Of a DNA stretch of 24,000 nucleotides, positions 7,825 to 15,611 are shown piece by piece; the first letter of the stretch is position 1; every line of letters starts with the position of its first letter. The notes below the pieces were generated by a model, which had not been told where the DNA came from, searched no databases, and saw nothing but the letters and a program-made list of their open reading frames with translations. This DNA is from Pseudodesulfovibrio sp. zrk46. Lineage in GTDB: Bacteria; Desulfobacterota; Desulfovibrionia; Desulfovibrionales; Desulfovibrionaceae. The position numbers and the translations under genes are program-made. The stretch is from NCBI RefSeq assembly GCF_012516435.1, contig NZ_CP051216.1, positions 2,765,669 to 2,789,668 of the forward strand, given 5' to 3'.

Positions 7825-7853
7825 TTGACAACATCCCGCACTTTCTGCAAATT
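7825..7853 (+). promoter_or_regulatory. Candidate sigma70-type promoter for tRNA-Ala
   Basis: Perfect -35 TTGACA (7825-7830), 17-nt spacer, weak -10 CAAATT (7848-7853). The tRNA 5' end lies 16 nt downstream. Confidence 0.35.
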
Positions 7854-7869
7854 GACTTTCCAACGACGT

Positions 7870-7945
<76 letters not shown>

Positions 7946-7955
7946 CTAGAAACTT

Positions 7956-7994
7956 AAGGACTTCAGATGTTTATCTGAAGTCCTTTTTCTTTTG
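7956..7994 (+). terminator. Rho-independent terminator after tRNA-Ala
   Basis: Perfect 13-bp stem AAGGACTTCAGAT (7956-7968) / ATCTGAAGTCCTT (7973-7985), loop GTTT, then TTTCTTTT. Confidence 0.85.
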
Positions 7995-8032
7995 TCTGGA
8001 ACCGAAAAACGGTTTTGTGACCCAAATGTGTC

Positions 8033-8632
8033 CTATTTGGATTTTTTTGTGTTTTTATAATGTGCGGCAAGTCTGTCTTGCGCCGGATTGTGGATAAGGT
8101 TTTCAAGGTTGGTGTATCGTTCGGTCATTCGGGGATCATTGTGTCCGATCATGGCTGCTGCATGCTTCGTTGAACTGCCAGAGAGTACAATATTGGTGCA
8201 GTATGTGTGGCGCTGAACATGGAAGGTAATCTTTTTGTTGAATCCGCATGCCTTTCGAATGGTTCTCCAAGCATTATTGACATCCTTAAATCCAGTACCA
8301 TCGAGTCGGCCGATAACATATTCGTCTCTGACTTTGATTCCACGTTTCTTTCGCATCTTTTCAACGTGTGCTTTTCGATTGAGTAAAGCCTCTCTTGTTC
8401 GAAGCATTATCGCGTGAATTCTGTCATGCTTGTTTTTGGTGCGAAAGAAGCTGATCGGCCTTGTTTCTTGAAAGTTCAGATCGATATGGGGTCATTTGAG
8501 GTTAAGTGCCTCTTGGCGAGCACAACCATGCGCGACGGCGATCATAATTGCCAAAAACATGTAATGGCGTGTTTTCTGATTAGCAGCATGTTCAAGCATG
8601 TTCTCGACTTCGCTGTCGGACCCTGTCTCTAA
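8033..8632 (-). pseudogene. Tyrosine recombinase (phage-type integrase) remnant: N-terminally truncated, in-frame TGA
   Basis: The C-terminal catalytic region is intact in the 124-aa ORF (HVQRHTYCTN..., IGHNDPRMTERYTNL). Upstream in the same frame it reads SEVENMLEHAANQKTRHYMFLAIMIAVAHGCARQEALNLK-stop(8494..8492)-PHIDLNF, where integrases normally have LKW.dIDL. There is no N-terminal SAM-like domain. Confidence 0.8.
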
Positions 8633-8824
8633 CTCTCGCAGATAAACGCATTCGTATTTCAGCGACTTTCAGAGTCGTTCGATCATAACATTATCCATCC
8701 AACGCCCTCGGCCATCCATTGAGATGCGGATGCCAGCATCCTGCAAGGTTCTGATGAACTCATAACTGGTAAATTGGCTGCCTTCATCTGTGTTGAATAT
8801 TTCAGGCACAATAGGGACTTTTCT
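8633..8824 (-). mobile_element. IS3-family transposase (rve/OrfB) internal fragment, inactivated
   Basis: The minus-strand translation RKVPIVPEIFNTDEGSQFTSYEFIRTLQDAGIRISMDGRGRWMDNVMIERL-stop(8671..8669)-KSLKYECVYLRE matches the conserved DDE-region pattern SDqGSQfTS...GI..SMdGrGrw.DN..iERlW.slKyE.vYl. Only ~60 codons remain. It abuts the integrase remnant in the same frame. Confidence 0.75.
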
Positions 8825-9068
8825 TCAATGGTTATCTCAATATGAGCACCCGGTAGCCGTCCTTATTCGGTTGCTGCCATTCCGATCATTCCTGAATAGT
8901 TATACGTGCTGGTGTAAGTTCCTCAACCCCATCCTCAGTCTTGGTGCATTATTATAACGCCATGAAGTGGACATATTGTTTTTGAATGTGTTTATCTGAT
9001 AATAGGTTTTTCTATTTGGGTGCGTTTAATTATAGGCGAATTGATCTGAGTTCAAAGAGGAGGCAGGC

Positions 9069-10046
9069 GTGAGTTCCAAAGAAAAGGTATCTAAGTCTGA
9101 TGCAAAAGGTCAAAGATCGCTTGAAAGAAGTGTTTTAGAGGGAATTAACAATATTTTTCTTCAGGCTTTGACAGGCAATGATGAGGAAGAGTTGGCAAAG
9201 CTCTGCCTTCATACTTTGGAGAAGATAACGAACAGTGACTACGGCTTTATTGGAGAAATAAATCCTGTTGGTCGGTTCGATACAATTGCTGTGAGTAATC
9301 CGGGATGGGATGCGTGCGGTATCGATAGTTCCAAAGCTGGTTTACTGATTACAGATATGGATATTTCCGGGATTTGGGGAAAAGTCCTTAAAGATGGAAA
9401 ATCATTGCTTACTAATGCTCCGAGCAAGCATCCATCAAGCTCAGGGCTCCCTCCGGAGCACCCTCCTTTAAATGCTTTTCTAGGCGTCCCCATGAAGCAA
9501 GGTGAATTAACTATTGGTATGATTTCACTGGCAAAAAAGAAGGGGCGATTTACAAAGAAAGATCAGGAAGCTGTTGAGTCGTTGGCCGTGGCTGTGAACC
9601 AAGCTCTTCACAGCAAACAAACCGAGAACAAATTGGCCGCTCAGGCACAAGAAATATTGGAGCTATCTACACCTGTCCTAAAGATCTGGGAGGGAATTGT
9701 AATAGCACCTTTGATCGGCAGTTTGGACAGTGAACGAACACGGCAGTTTATGGATCTCATCTTGTCGAGCATTGAGACCACCAATTCTTCCGTTGCATTG
9801 ATAGATATTACCGGTGTTCCAATTCTGGATACGCAAACTGCGCAGCATATCATTGATACGATCGGAGCCTCTCGTCTCTTGGGAGCAGAAGTCATTCTCA
9901 CAGGAGTTAGACCAGAAATAGCTAAGACGTTGGTGCATCTGGGGATCGACTTGTCTGAGGTGATTACGAGAGCTTCTCTTTCTGCGGGAATACGTGTGGG
10001 TTTGAAAAGGCTTGGCCTCGAAGTGCAGAGTATTCAGAGTCAGTAG
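9069..10046 (+). CDS. rsbR: RsbR-like stressosome protein, GAF-type N-terminal sensor + C-terminal STAS
   Basis: GTG start with AGAGGAGG 6 nt upstream. The N-terminal half (ITNSDYGFIGEINP...PPEHPPLNAFLGVPMKQGELTIGMISLAKKKGRFTKKD) reads as GAF. The C-terminus (STPVLKIWEGIVIAPLIGSLDSERT...IDITGVPILDTQTAQH...GAEVILTGVRPEIAKTLVHLGIDL) reads as RsbR-type STAS. Confidence 0.85.
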   Translation: MSSKEKVSKSDAKGQRSLERSVLEGINNIFLQALTGNDEEELAKLCLHTLEKITNSDYGFIGEINPVGRFDTIAVSNPGWDACGIDSSKAGLLITDMDISGIWGKVLKDGKSLLTNAPSKHPSSSGLPPEHPPLNAFLGVPMKQGELTIGMISLAKKKGRFTKKDQEAVESLAVAVNQALHSKQTENKLAAQAQEILELSTPVLKIWEGIVIAPLIGSLDSERTRQFMDLILSSIETTNSSVALIDITGVPILDTQTAQHIIDTIGASRLLGAEVILTGVRPEIAKTLVHLGIDLSEVITRASLSAGIRVGLKRLGLEVQSIQSQ

Positions 10047-10081
10047 TTTCTAACTTATATTTCTATTTCTAGGAGCGTGTT

Positions 10082-11038
10082 ATGCAAATGTCGTTTTCCG
10101 AAACCCTAGCTCTCGATCGGCATCAAAAATTGCTGGAGGCCTTTTGTAAGGCTACCGGAATTGCCGGCGCCATCATTGATTTGGATGGGAATGTCATGGT
10201 GGGAGCCCAGTGGCAAAGAATTTGTACTGATTTTCATCGCAAAAACGAAGAGACATGCAAAAAGTGCATTGAATCCGATGTGATTTTAGCCAATCGACTT
10301 TCCAAGGATAAGAAATACACACTTTATGAGTGCAAGAATGGATTGATCGACGCCGCTGCCCCAATCATCGTTGAGGGAGAACATGTCGCCAATGCGTTTA
10401 TCGGACAGTTTCTTACCGCTCCCCCTGATAAAGATAAATTTCGTGCCTTTGCTCGAAAATATGGCTTTGACTCAAAGGATTACTTGAAAGCGCTAAAGCA
10501 TGTTCCAATCGTAGAAAAAAAGCGACTGCCTGATTTAACTAACTTCGTAAAATTATTTGCTGAAGTTGTTTCGGAATCCTACCTCGAACAAAGAGTTCAG
10601 AAGGAACAGGCAAAGGAGTTAGAAAAAAAGACCCAAGCTATTCAGGATTTATCAACTCCTGTTGTGAGAGTGTGGGACGGCATTGTGGCTGCCCCGCTTA
10701 TCGGTTTGATGGACGGGGAACGCGCCGAACTACTCATGGAACGTTTTCTGGGGGCTATCGTGGAAACCAAGTCTCCCTTAGCGTTATTGGATATCACTGG
10801 TGTTCCGGATGTAGACACACAATCCGCACAATACTTCATAGATGCGGTTAATGCAGCAAACATGGTTGGCGCAGAAGTTATTCTGACCGGTGTGAGTCCA
10901 TCGATAGCGCAAACTCTCATTCAACTTGGAATTGGCCTCAAAGGAATCAAGACCAGAAATTCCTTTGCTGACGGTTTGCGATTGGCTCTCTCCTTACAAC
11001 AGAAGGAAAAAGCAGTTTTGTTGAGTGAGGGGGTCTAG
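10082..11038 (+). CDS. rsbR: RsbR-like stressosome protein, PocR-type N-terminal sensor + C-terminal STAS
   Basis: AGGAG lies 6 nt upstream. The N-terminal FCKATGIAGAIIDLDGNVM...WQRICTDFHRKNEETCKKCIESD...YECKNGLIDAAAPIIVEGEHVANAFIGQF fits the PocR pattern. The C-terminus STPVVRVWDGIVAAPLIGLMDGERA...LDITGVPDVDTQSAQY...GAEVILTGVSPSIAQTLIQLGIGL reads as STAS. Confidence 0.8.
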   Translation: MQMSFSETLALDRHQKLLEAFCKATGIAGAIIDLDGNVMVGAQWQRICTDFHRKNEETCKKCIESDVILANRLSKDKKYTLYECKNGLIDAAAPIIVEGEHVANAFIGQFLTAPPDKDKFRAFARKYGFDSKDYLKALKHVPIVEKKRLPDLTNFVKLFAEVVSESYLEQRVQKEQAKELEKKTQAIQDLSTPVVRVWDGIVAAPLIGLMDGERAELLMERFLGAIVETKSPLALLDITGVPDVDTQSAQYFIDAVNAANMVGAEVILTGVSPSIAQTLIQLGIGLKGIKTRNSFADGLRLALSLQQKEKAVLLSEGV

Positions 11039-11039
11039 A

Positions 11040-11417
11040 ATGAATACAGCAACAGTTTCAATTGTTCGGATTAAAGGAGTGCTGCTTGTCACCTTGCCTC
11101 AAGATCCGCAAGATATGGTAATTGCGGAATTGCAAGATAACATCCTGAATCGGATGAGTGAACAGGATACGAAAGGTGTGATCCTCGATTTGTCCCAAGT
11201 AAGTACTCTGGATTCTTATTTTGCCAGAACGATTATTGAAACAGGCCAAATGGTCTCTCTAATGGGAGGTACTACGATTTTGGCCGGTATGCAGGTCGGT
11301 GTTGCTATTACGGCAACACAGCTTGGGTTGACTCTTGGTGCCATGCGTACGGCACTTGAAGTCGATAAGGCTCTCGATATGCTTAATAGTACAACCTCGG
11401 TCTCTTCGGAGGAATAA
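11040..11417 (+). CDS. rsbS: RsbS-like single-STAS stressosome scaffold protein
   Basis: I prefer ATG 11040 (GAGGGGG upstream, 1 nt after the previous stop) over the track start at 11025. 125 aa. GVILDLSQVSTLDSYFARTIIETGQMVSLMGGTTILAGMQVGVAITATQLG aligns with B. subtilis RsbS, including the phospho-Ser context (iDSFiak). Confidence 0.85.
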   Translation: MNTATVSIVRIKGVLLVTLPQDPQDMVIAELQDNILNRMSEQDTKGVILDLSQVSTLDSYFARTIIETGQMVSLMGGTTILAGMQVGVAITATQLGLTLGAMRTALEVDKALDMLNSTTSVSSEE

Positions 11418-11866
11418 TGTCTATAGATAATTTCCAAGACTATTCCGGTAAGATCGCAATTACTTCTGAAGTCGATATTGTCGCTGTGCGCAAAGAGATT
11501 CGGTCTGCCTGCCAACGCCTTGGATTTAATGACACAGACGTTACTCGTATAGTCACGGCGGCTTCCGAGTTAGCAAGAAATATTTATAAGTATGCGTCTC
11601 AAGGCAACATGCACTGGAAAAAGCTCAATCAAATAGGAAGAATTGGTGTTGAGTTGCTGTTTGAGGATAGGGGGCCTGGAATTAGGGATATTGACCTAGC
11701 AATGTCCCCAGGATTTACAACCTCTAGGGGGTTAGGGCTCGGTCTTCCTGGTGCTAAAAGGCTTATGGATGAGATAGATGTTGAGTCGACTCCAGGTGTC
11801 GGTACGAATGTTGTTATTCGTAAGTGGCTAAAAGGAAGAATAGTCTCTTCGCCGCAAGCTGCTTAG
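11417..11866 (+). CDS. rsbT: RsbT-like serine kinase / switch protein (HATPase_c_2)
   Basis: TAATG overlap with rsbS and GGAGGA RBS. VDIVAVRKEIRSACQRLGFNDTDVTRIVTAASELARNIYKYA...FEDRGPGIRDI...GFTTSRGLGLGLPGAKRLMDE closely parallels B. subtilis RsbT. Confidence 0.88.
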   Translation: MSIDNFQDYSGKIAITSEVDIVAVRKEIRSACQRLGFNDTDVTRIVTAASELARNIYKYASQGNMHWKKLNQIGRIGVELLFEDRGPGIRDIDLAMSPGFTTSRGLGLGLPGAKRLMDEIDVESTPGVGTNVVIRKWLKGRIVSSPQAA

Positions 11867-11887
11867 CTTTCTACAAGGAATCTTGTT

Positions 11888-12940
11888 GTGTCTATGGATC
11901 GTACTTGCCCCAAAACTGAACACGTAATTGTTGAGAATTCGGCCGACGTGCACTGGGCTGTTAGCAAAGTAAAAAAGATTGCTCGAGAGATTGGTTTCGA
12001 TGCGACTGAACAAGAGGAACTGGTGGTGTGCGCCAAGGAGTTGGCGATGAACATGGTTCTTCATGCCGAAGGTGGAATCTTAAGTATCAGAGTCAAATGT
12101 GAACTCATGGATTGGGAGATTGAATTTACTGCAAAAGATAATGGGCCAGGACTTAGAAGTATTGATGAAGCTATCGCTGATGGGCTCTCTTCTCGAGGCG
12201 GGCTTGGAATCGGACTTGGCACACTGAACAGATTCATGGATTCATTGGATTTGTTGCCAGTCCCAGAGGGTCAGTCTGGTACCAGGATACGATGTACTAG
12301 AAAGCTGAAGAAACGAGAACGATACGCTGTTTCAGGCCCTTTGGATGTTGGAGTCGCAAGTAGGCCATGCCCAGGCTTCAACCTTAATGGTGACAGCTAT
12401 GTAGTGCGCATAATTGATAACAGGCTGATGGTTTGCGTTATCGATGGGTTGGGGCATGGACAGTTCGCGCATAAGGCTGCAAGTGCGGCCCAAAAGTATG
12501 TCGAAGATCATGTCCATTTGGAGATAGAAGCACTGTTTAAAGGCGTGGACAGAAGTTGCAGGGCTACACGTGGTGTCGTTATGGCCCTGGCATTAATTGA
12601 TTGGGAACGGAACAGTATCTCCTTGGCCGGTGTCGGAAATATTGAAGTGAGATATCGTGGAAGCAATCCAGGCTTTTCCTATGTTTTCAAGAGGGGCTTT
12701 TTGGGGGCAGGTGTTGGACGAGTTTCCATCTCTGAACATGTATGGGAAGCAAATGATCTTCTTATAATGCACTCAGATGGGATCTCCAGCAAATGGAGTT
12801 TGGAAGATGATCCGACCATAAGTCTGCTCTCGGCAAAACAGATGGCATTAGCGCTTCTTAGGAATTATGGAAGAGATAATGATGATGCCACAATTCTCAT
12901 AGTTAAAAAGGCAGACGGAGCAGATACAACAAAACGTTAA
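11888..12940 (+). CDS. Fusion protein: RsbT/RsbW-like ATPase domain + PP2C (SpoIIE-type, RsbX-like) serine phosphatase
   Basis: GTG 11888 (AAGGAA 7 nt upstream); ATG 11894 is an alternative. The N-terminal ~135 aa carry an N-box (ELAMNMVLHA) and G-boxes (DNGPGL, GGLGIGLG). The C-terminal region carries PP2C motifs (NGDSYVV, VIDGLGHG, MHSDGI, DDATILIV). Confidence 0.85.
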   Translation: MSMDRTCPKTEHVIVENSADVHWAVSKVKKIAREIGFDATEQEELVVCAKELAMNMVLHAEGGILSIRVKCELMDWEIEFTAKDNGPGLRSIDEAIADGLSSRGGLGIGLGTLNRFMDSLDLLPVPEGQSGTRIRCTRKLKKRERYAVSGPLDVGVASRPCPGFNLNGDSYVVRIIDNRLMVCVIDGLGHGQFAHKAASAAQKYVEDHVHLEIEALFKGVDRSCRATRGVVMALALIDWERNSISLAGVGNIEVRYRGSNPGFSYVFKRGFLGAGVGRVSISEHVWEANDLLIMHSDGISSKWSLEDDPTISLLSAKQMALALLRNYGRDNDDATILIVKKADGADTTKR

Positions 12941-12958
12941 GCTCGAGAAGGATTCGAT

Positions 12959-15022
12959 ATGTCAGTTGGAAATTCGGCCAGCAGCCATTCAGAACTCTCG
13001 CGGTTGAAAAGAGAGCTCAATGAGGTGCATGAAGAATTGGCAAAAACCAACTCTGAATTGCTGCAATTGACATTAGAGCTAGACGATAGGGTCAACGAAC
13101 GTACAAAGGAGTTAAGAGAATCCGAGTCTGAACTCCGCATGCATCGTGACCATTTGGAAGACTTGGTCAAGGAGAGAACGATAGAGTTGAATGATGCAAA
13201 TCAGAGGCTATCGGTTTCCCTAAATGAACTTAAAGTCTCTGAAGAGCGTTATCATAGTTTGGTCAAAACAATTCCTGATGTTGTTTATCAAGTCTCTCCA
13301 TCTGGGCATTTTACCTTCGTAAACGAGGCCGTTGCTAGGCTTGGCTATACTCAGGAAGAATTAATTGGTGAGCATTTCAAGACTCTTTTCTATCCTATTG
13401 AGAGCAAAAGTATTTCAAGAGAGGGGATACTTGAGGAAACTGAACTTTTAGAGAGACAAGATGACTATAGTCCCAAGATAGTCGATGAGCGTCGTACAGG
13501 TGCTCGTATGACTTGTGGACTCGTTGTTGGACTAAAATCAAAGGATAGTAGTTCTGTCCAGCCAGCAGAATTAATAGGGCTATCCGGTGATGATGTTATC
13601 GCTGAGATAAATGCTGCTGGGCTTTATCGGGGCAGTAGTGGAACAGTGACAAGGACCTTTATCGGCACTGTTGGAGTAGTTCGTGACATCACAGAAAGAA
13701 AAAAGATGGAGAAGCAACTTTCTGAAATAAATGAAGAGTTGGAGATGAAAGTTGAGGTTCGCACAAGGGAGCTCAATGCTTCGAATGAGCATCTACTGAC
13801 TGAAATTGCTGAACGAAAAAAAGTCAGTGAACATTTGGCTGAATCAGAAAAGATCTTAAGGGCGGTTTTGAATGGAATGGGAGCTGGAGTTTTCTTTGTA
13901 GATCCTGCAAATTATTCTATTATATATGTTAATACAACTGGCCAGAAGATGCTTGATATGACGCGCCCTGAAATATTGGGCAGAAAATGTTGTGATCTCA
14001 TATGTCCTGGTAAGAAAGCGGTACCGGGTAAAAAGTGTAGTATTTATATGACCAAGATGCTGAATAAAGAACAGCAATTGTCTTTACCTGACGGTACTGT
14101 CATTCCAGTTATGAAGCATGTTCTTCCTTTGCGGATAAAGGATCAAAACATTCATGTCGAAATCATTTTTGATGTGACAGAGAAGAAATCTCTGGAACGA
14201 CAGTTAGCTTATGCCCAAAAGCTAGAGTCCGTGGGGCAATTGGCCGCTGGAATTGCGCATGAAATCAACACTCCGATTCAGTACATTGGCGGCAATGTTA
14301 CCTTTTTGAAGTCCGTTATCGAAAGTTTTGCGAATTGCATGGAAAAGTACGAAGACTTGAGCAGTGCGGTTGTTGAGGAACAAGATGTTGTCAAAGTCGC
14401 TTCAGAACTAGTTAACTTAGTGGATAAGGTTGCTTTGATAGATGATATTACTGAGTCAAAGGCAGCCATTGATGACATTCTTGAAGGAGTCGGACGCGTT
14501 TCCACTATAGTTACTGCAATGAAGAAGTTCTCACACCCTGACCTTGAGGACCGTAAAGCCATTGATGTGAATGCGGCCATTGAGAACACCATTATTGTCG
14601 CTCGAAACGAGTGGAAATATTGTTCGGAGATTGAGACGGAATATTCTCAGGATTTGCCATTGCTGATGTTTGTCCCTGGAGATTTGAATCAGGCTATCTT
14701 GAATATTATCGTTAATGCAGCCCATGCCAACGCTTCAAAGTGCTCAGATTGCGGTGAAAAAGGGATTATAAGAATTTCTACCAAACATGAAGATGACACG
14801 ATTGCCATATCTATTATGGATACGGGAATAGGAATTGCCCCCGAGAACTATGGGAAAATATTTGACCCCTTCTTCACAACCAAAGACGTCGGCTACGGTA
14901 CAGGGCAAGGCTTGGCTATAACGCACGCTGTTATTCAGAAGCATGGTGGCGAAATTGCATTTGAATCGGAGTTGGGGGTTGGTACAACATTTACCCTTAA
15001 ACTACCGATTGAAGCTGAGTAG
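12959..15022 (+). CDS. Soluble sensor histidine kinase: long N-terminal coiled coil, PAS domains (the last has a Cys cluster), HisKA, HATPase
   Basis: 687 aa with no hydrophobic TM segment. ERTxEL-type coiled-coil linkers. H-box [23 protein letters not shown]-box ILNIIVNAAHA. G-boxes DTGIGI and GTGQGLAI. Starts 18 nt after the phosphatase gene with GAAGGA upstream. Confidence 0.9.
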   Translation: MSVGNSASSHSELSRLKRELNEVHEELAKTNSELLQLTLELDDRVNERTKELRESESELRMHRDHLEDLVKERTIELNDANQRLSVSLNELKVSEERYHSLVKTIPDVVYQVSPSGHFTFVNEAVARLGYTQEELIGEHFKTLFYPIESKSISREGILEETELLERQDDYSPKIVDERRTGARMTCGLVVGLKSKDSSSVQPAELIGLSGDDVIAEINAAGLYRGSSGTVTRTFIGTVGVVRDITERKKMEKQLSEINEELEMKVEVRTRELNASNEHLLTEIAERKKVSEHLAESEKILRAVLNGMGAGVFFVDPANYSIIYVNTTGQKMLDMTRPEILGRKCCDLICPGKKAVPGKKCSIYMTKMLNKEQQLSLPDGTVIPVMKHVLPLRIKDQNIHVEIIFDVTEKKSLERQLAYAQKLESVGQLAAGIAHEINTPIQYIGGNVTFLKSVIESFANCMEKYEDLSSAVVEEQDVVKVASELVNLVDKVALIDDITESKAAIDDILEGVGRVSTIVTAMKKFSHPDLEDRKAIDVNAAIENTIIVARNEWKYCSEIETEYSQDLPLLMFVPGDLNQAILNIIVNAAHANASKCSDCGEKGIIRISTKHEDDTIAISIMDTGIGIAPENYGKIFDPFFTTKDVGYGTGQGLAITHAVIQKHGGEIAFESELGVGTTFTLKLPIEAE

Positions 15023-15113
15023 ATAGGCTTGCTACATGGGAAAGTGAAAGTAGCACTTGGTCCTATCGATCATAGTTCCCAAAAGAGTGATGTGAGTTGA
15101 TAGGAGGCAGAGC

Positions 15114-15153
15114 GCTCATGGCAATCTTTCTTTGAATTGCAATGAGCCTTTGT
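15114..15153 (+). terminator. Candidate terminator hairpin after the stressosome/kinase operon
   Basis: GCTCATGGCAAT (15114-15125) and ATTGCAATGAGC (15136-15147) pair at 11 of 12 positions, with a 10-nt loop. The following T-tract (CTTTGTC) is weak. Confidence 0.35.
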
Positions 15154-15272
15154 CAATCGTCTTATGCGGGATTCGATATTGAGTTTTCCTCTTTGAAATT
15201 ACATGTTAGTAATGAATCAAGAACTAGTGATAGGGAGTTGAATGGATTGTCGAAAGGGATGATGCAATATGA

Positions 15273-15549
15273 ACCAATCGCCATCTATCTCGTTTGAGAG
15301 AGTATGCGGTTATCCATTTCACTTTAGAAGAAGACTGTATGTCTAAAATTGTTTTTCCCCAAGTTGGGTGAGCATGCACACGAACCTGTGCAGTTGAAGA
15401 ACAGCGCAAAGTGATTTCAAAGTGCAAGGTTCTATCAGGAGGATATCGATACCAATGAAATCAAGGCTCTTATCGCAAGCTGGTTGCTTACTCACATCCT
15501 AGGGAGTGATATGAAGATTAAGCAATACTTGGAAGAAAAAGCGGAATAA
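15273..15549 (+). pseudogene. Hemerythrin-like gene remnant (frameshift, internal stops, N-terminal truncation)
   Basis: Three pieces read in order. LREYAVIHFTLEEDCMSKIVFPQVG ends at a stop at 15369. After a +1 shift, GEHAHEPVQLKNSAK runs to a TGA at 15412. Then FQSARFYQEDIDTNEIKALIASWLLTHILGSDMKIKQYLEEKAE runs to the stop at 15547-15549. Together they match the hemerythrin pattern HF..EE..M, H..H, WL..HI...D.k...yl. Confidence 0.55.
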
Positions 15550-15611
15550 TCGGGTAGGGGTAGTCGATTCATTGATGCGGGGGCAAGGGCAAAGGAGAAT
15601 CTGGGGCGGTC

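Noticed and set aside
8414-8632. 72-aa plus-strand ORF
   Set aside because: It is antisense to the recognisable integrase remnant and has no motif or RBS support.
8492-8671. Two TGA codons at conserved Trp positions (integrase, transposase) as a hint of TGA-to-Trp recoding
   Set aside because: TGA works as a genuine stop in this window (20333..20331, in the classic ATGA coupling with the next gene). Intact genes end in TAA, TAG or TGA at expected lengths. TGG->TGA is simply the commonest nonsense transition in decaying genes.
8977-9005. Possible promoter of the stressosome operon: TTGTTT, 17 nt, then TGaTAATAG (extended -10)
   Set aside because: Both hexamers match only 4/6 and there are several equally weak alternatives nearby. 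It is not reported as a feature and needs TSS mapping.
11025-11039. Track start codon for RsbS (MRGSRM...)
   Set aside because: It would overlap the upstream gene by 14 nt and has no RBS. ATG 11040 has GAGGGGG upstream and gives the normal RsbS length. By the same logic, 7228 was replaced by 7201 for the SH3 protein.
15102-15147. AGGAGG followed by the 5-codon ORF MAIFL, embedded in the 15114-15147 hairpin (leader-peptide or attenuator idea)
   Set aside because: The ORF is too short, and the gene it might once have regulated (hemerythrin) is a remnant. It cannot be supported from sequence alone.
15224-15427. 67-aa minus-strand ORF in the 590-bp gap between the kinases
   Set aside because: It is antisense to the hemerythrin remnant and has no RBS or recognisable motif.
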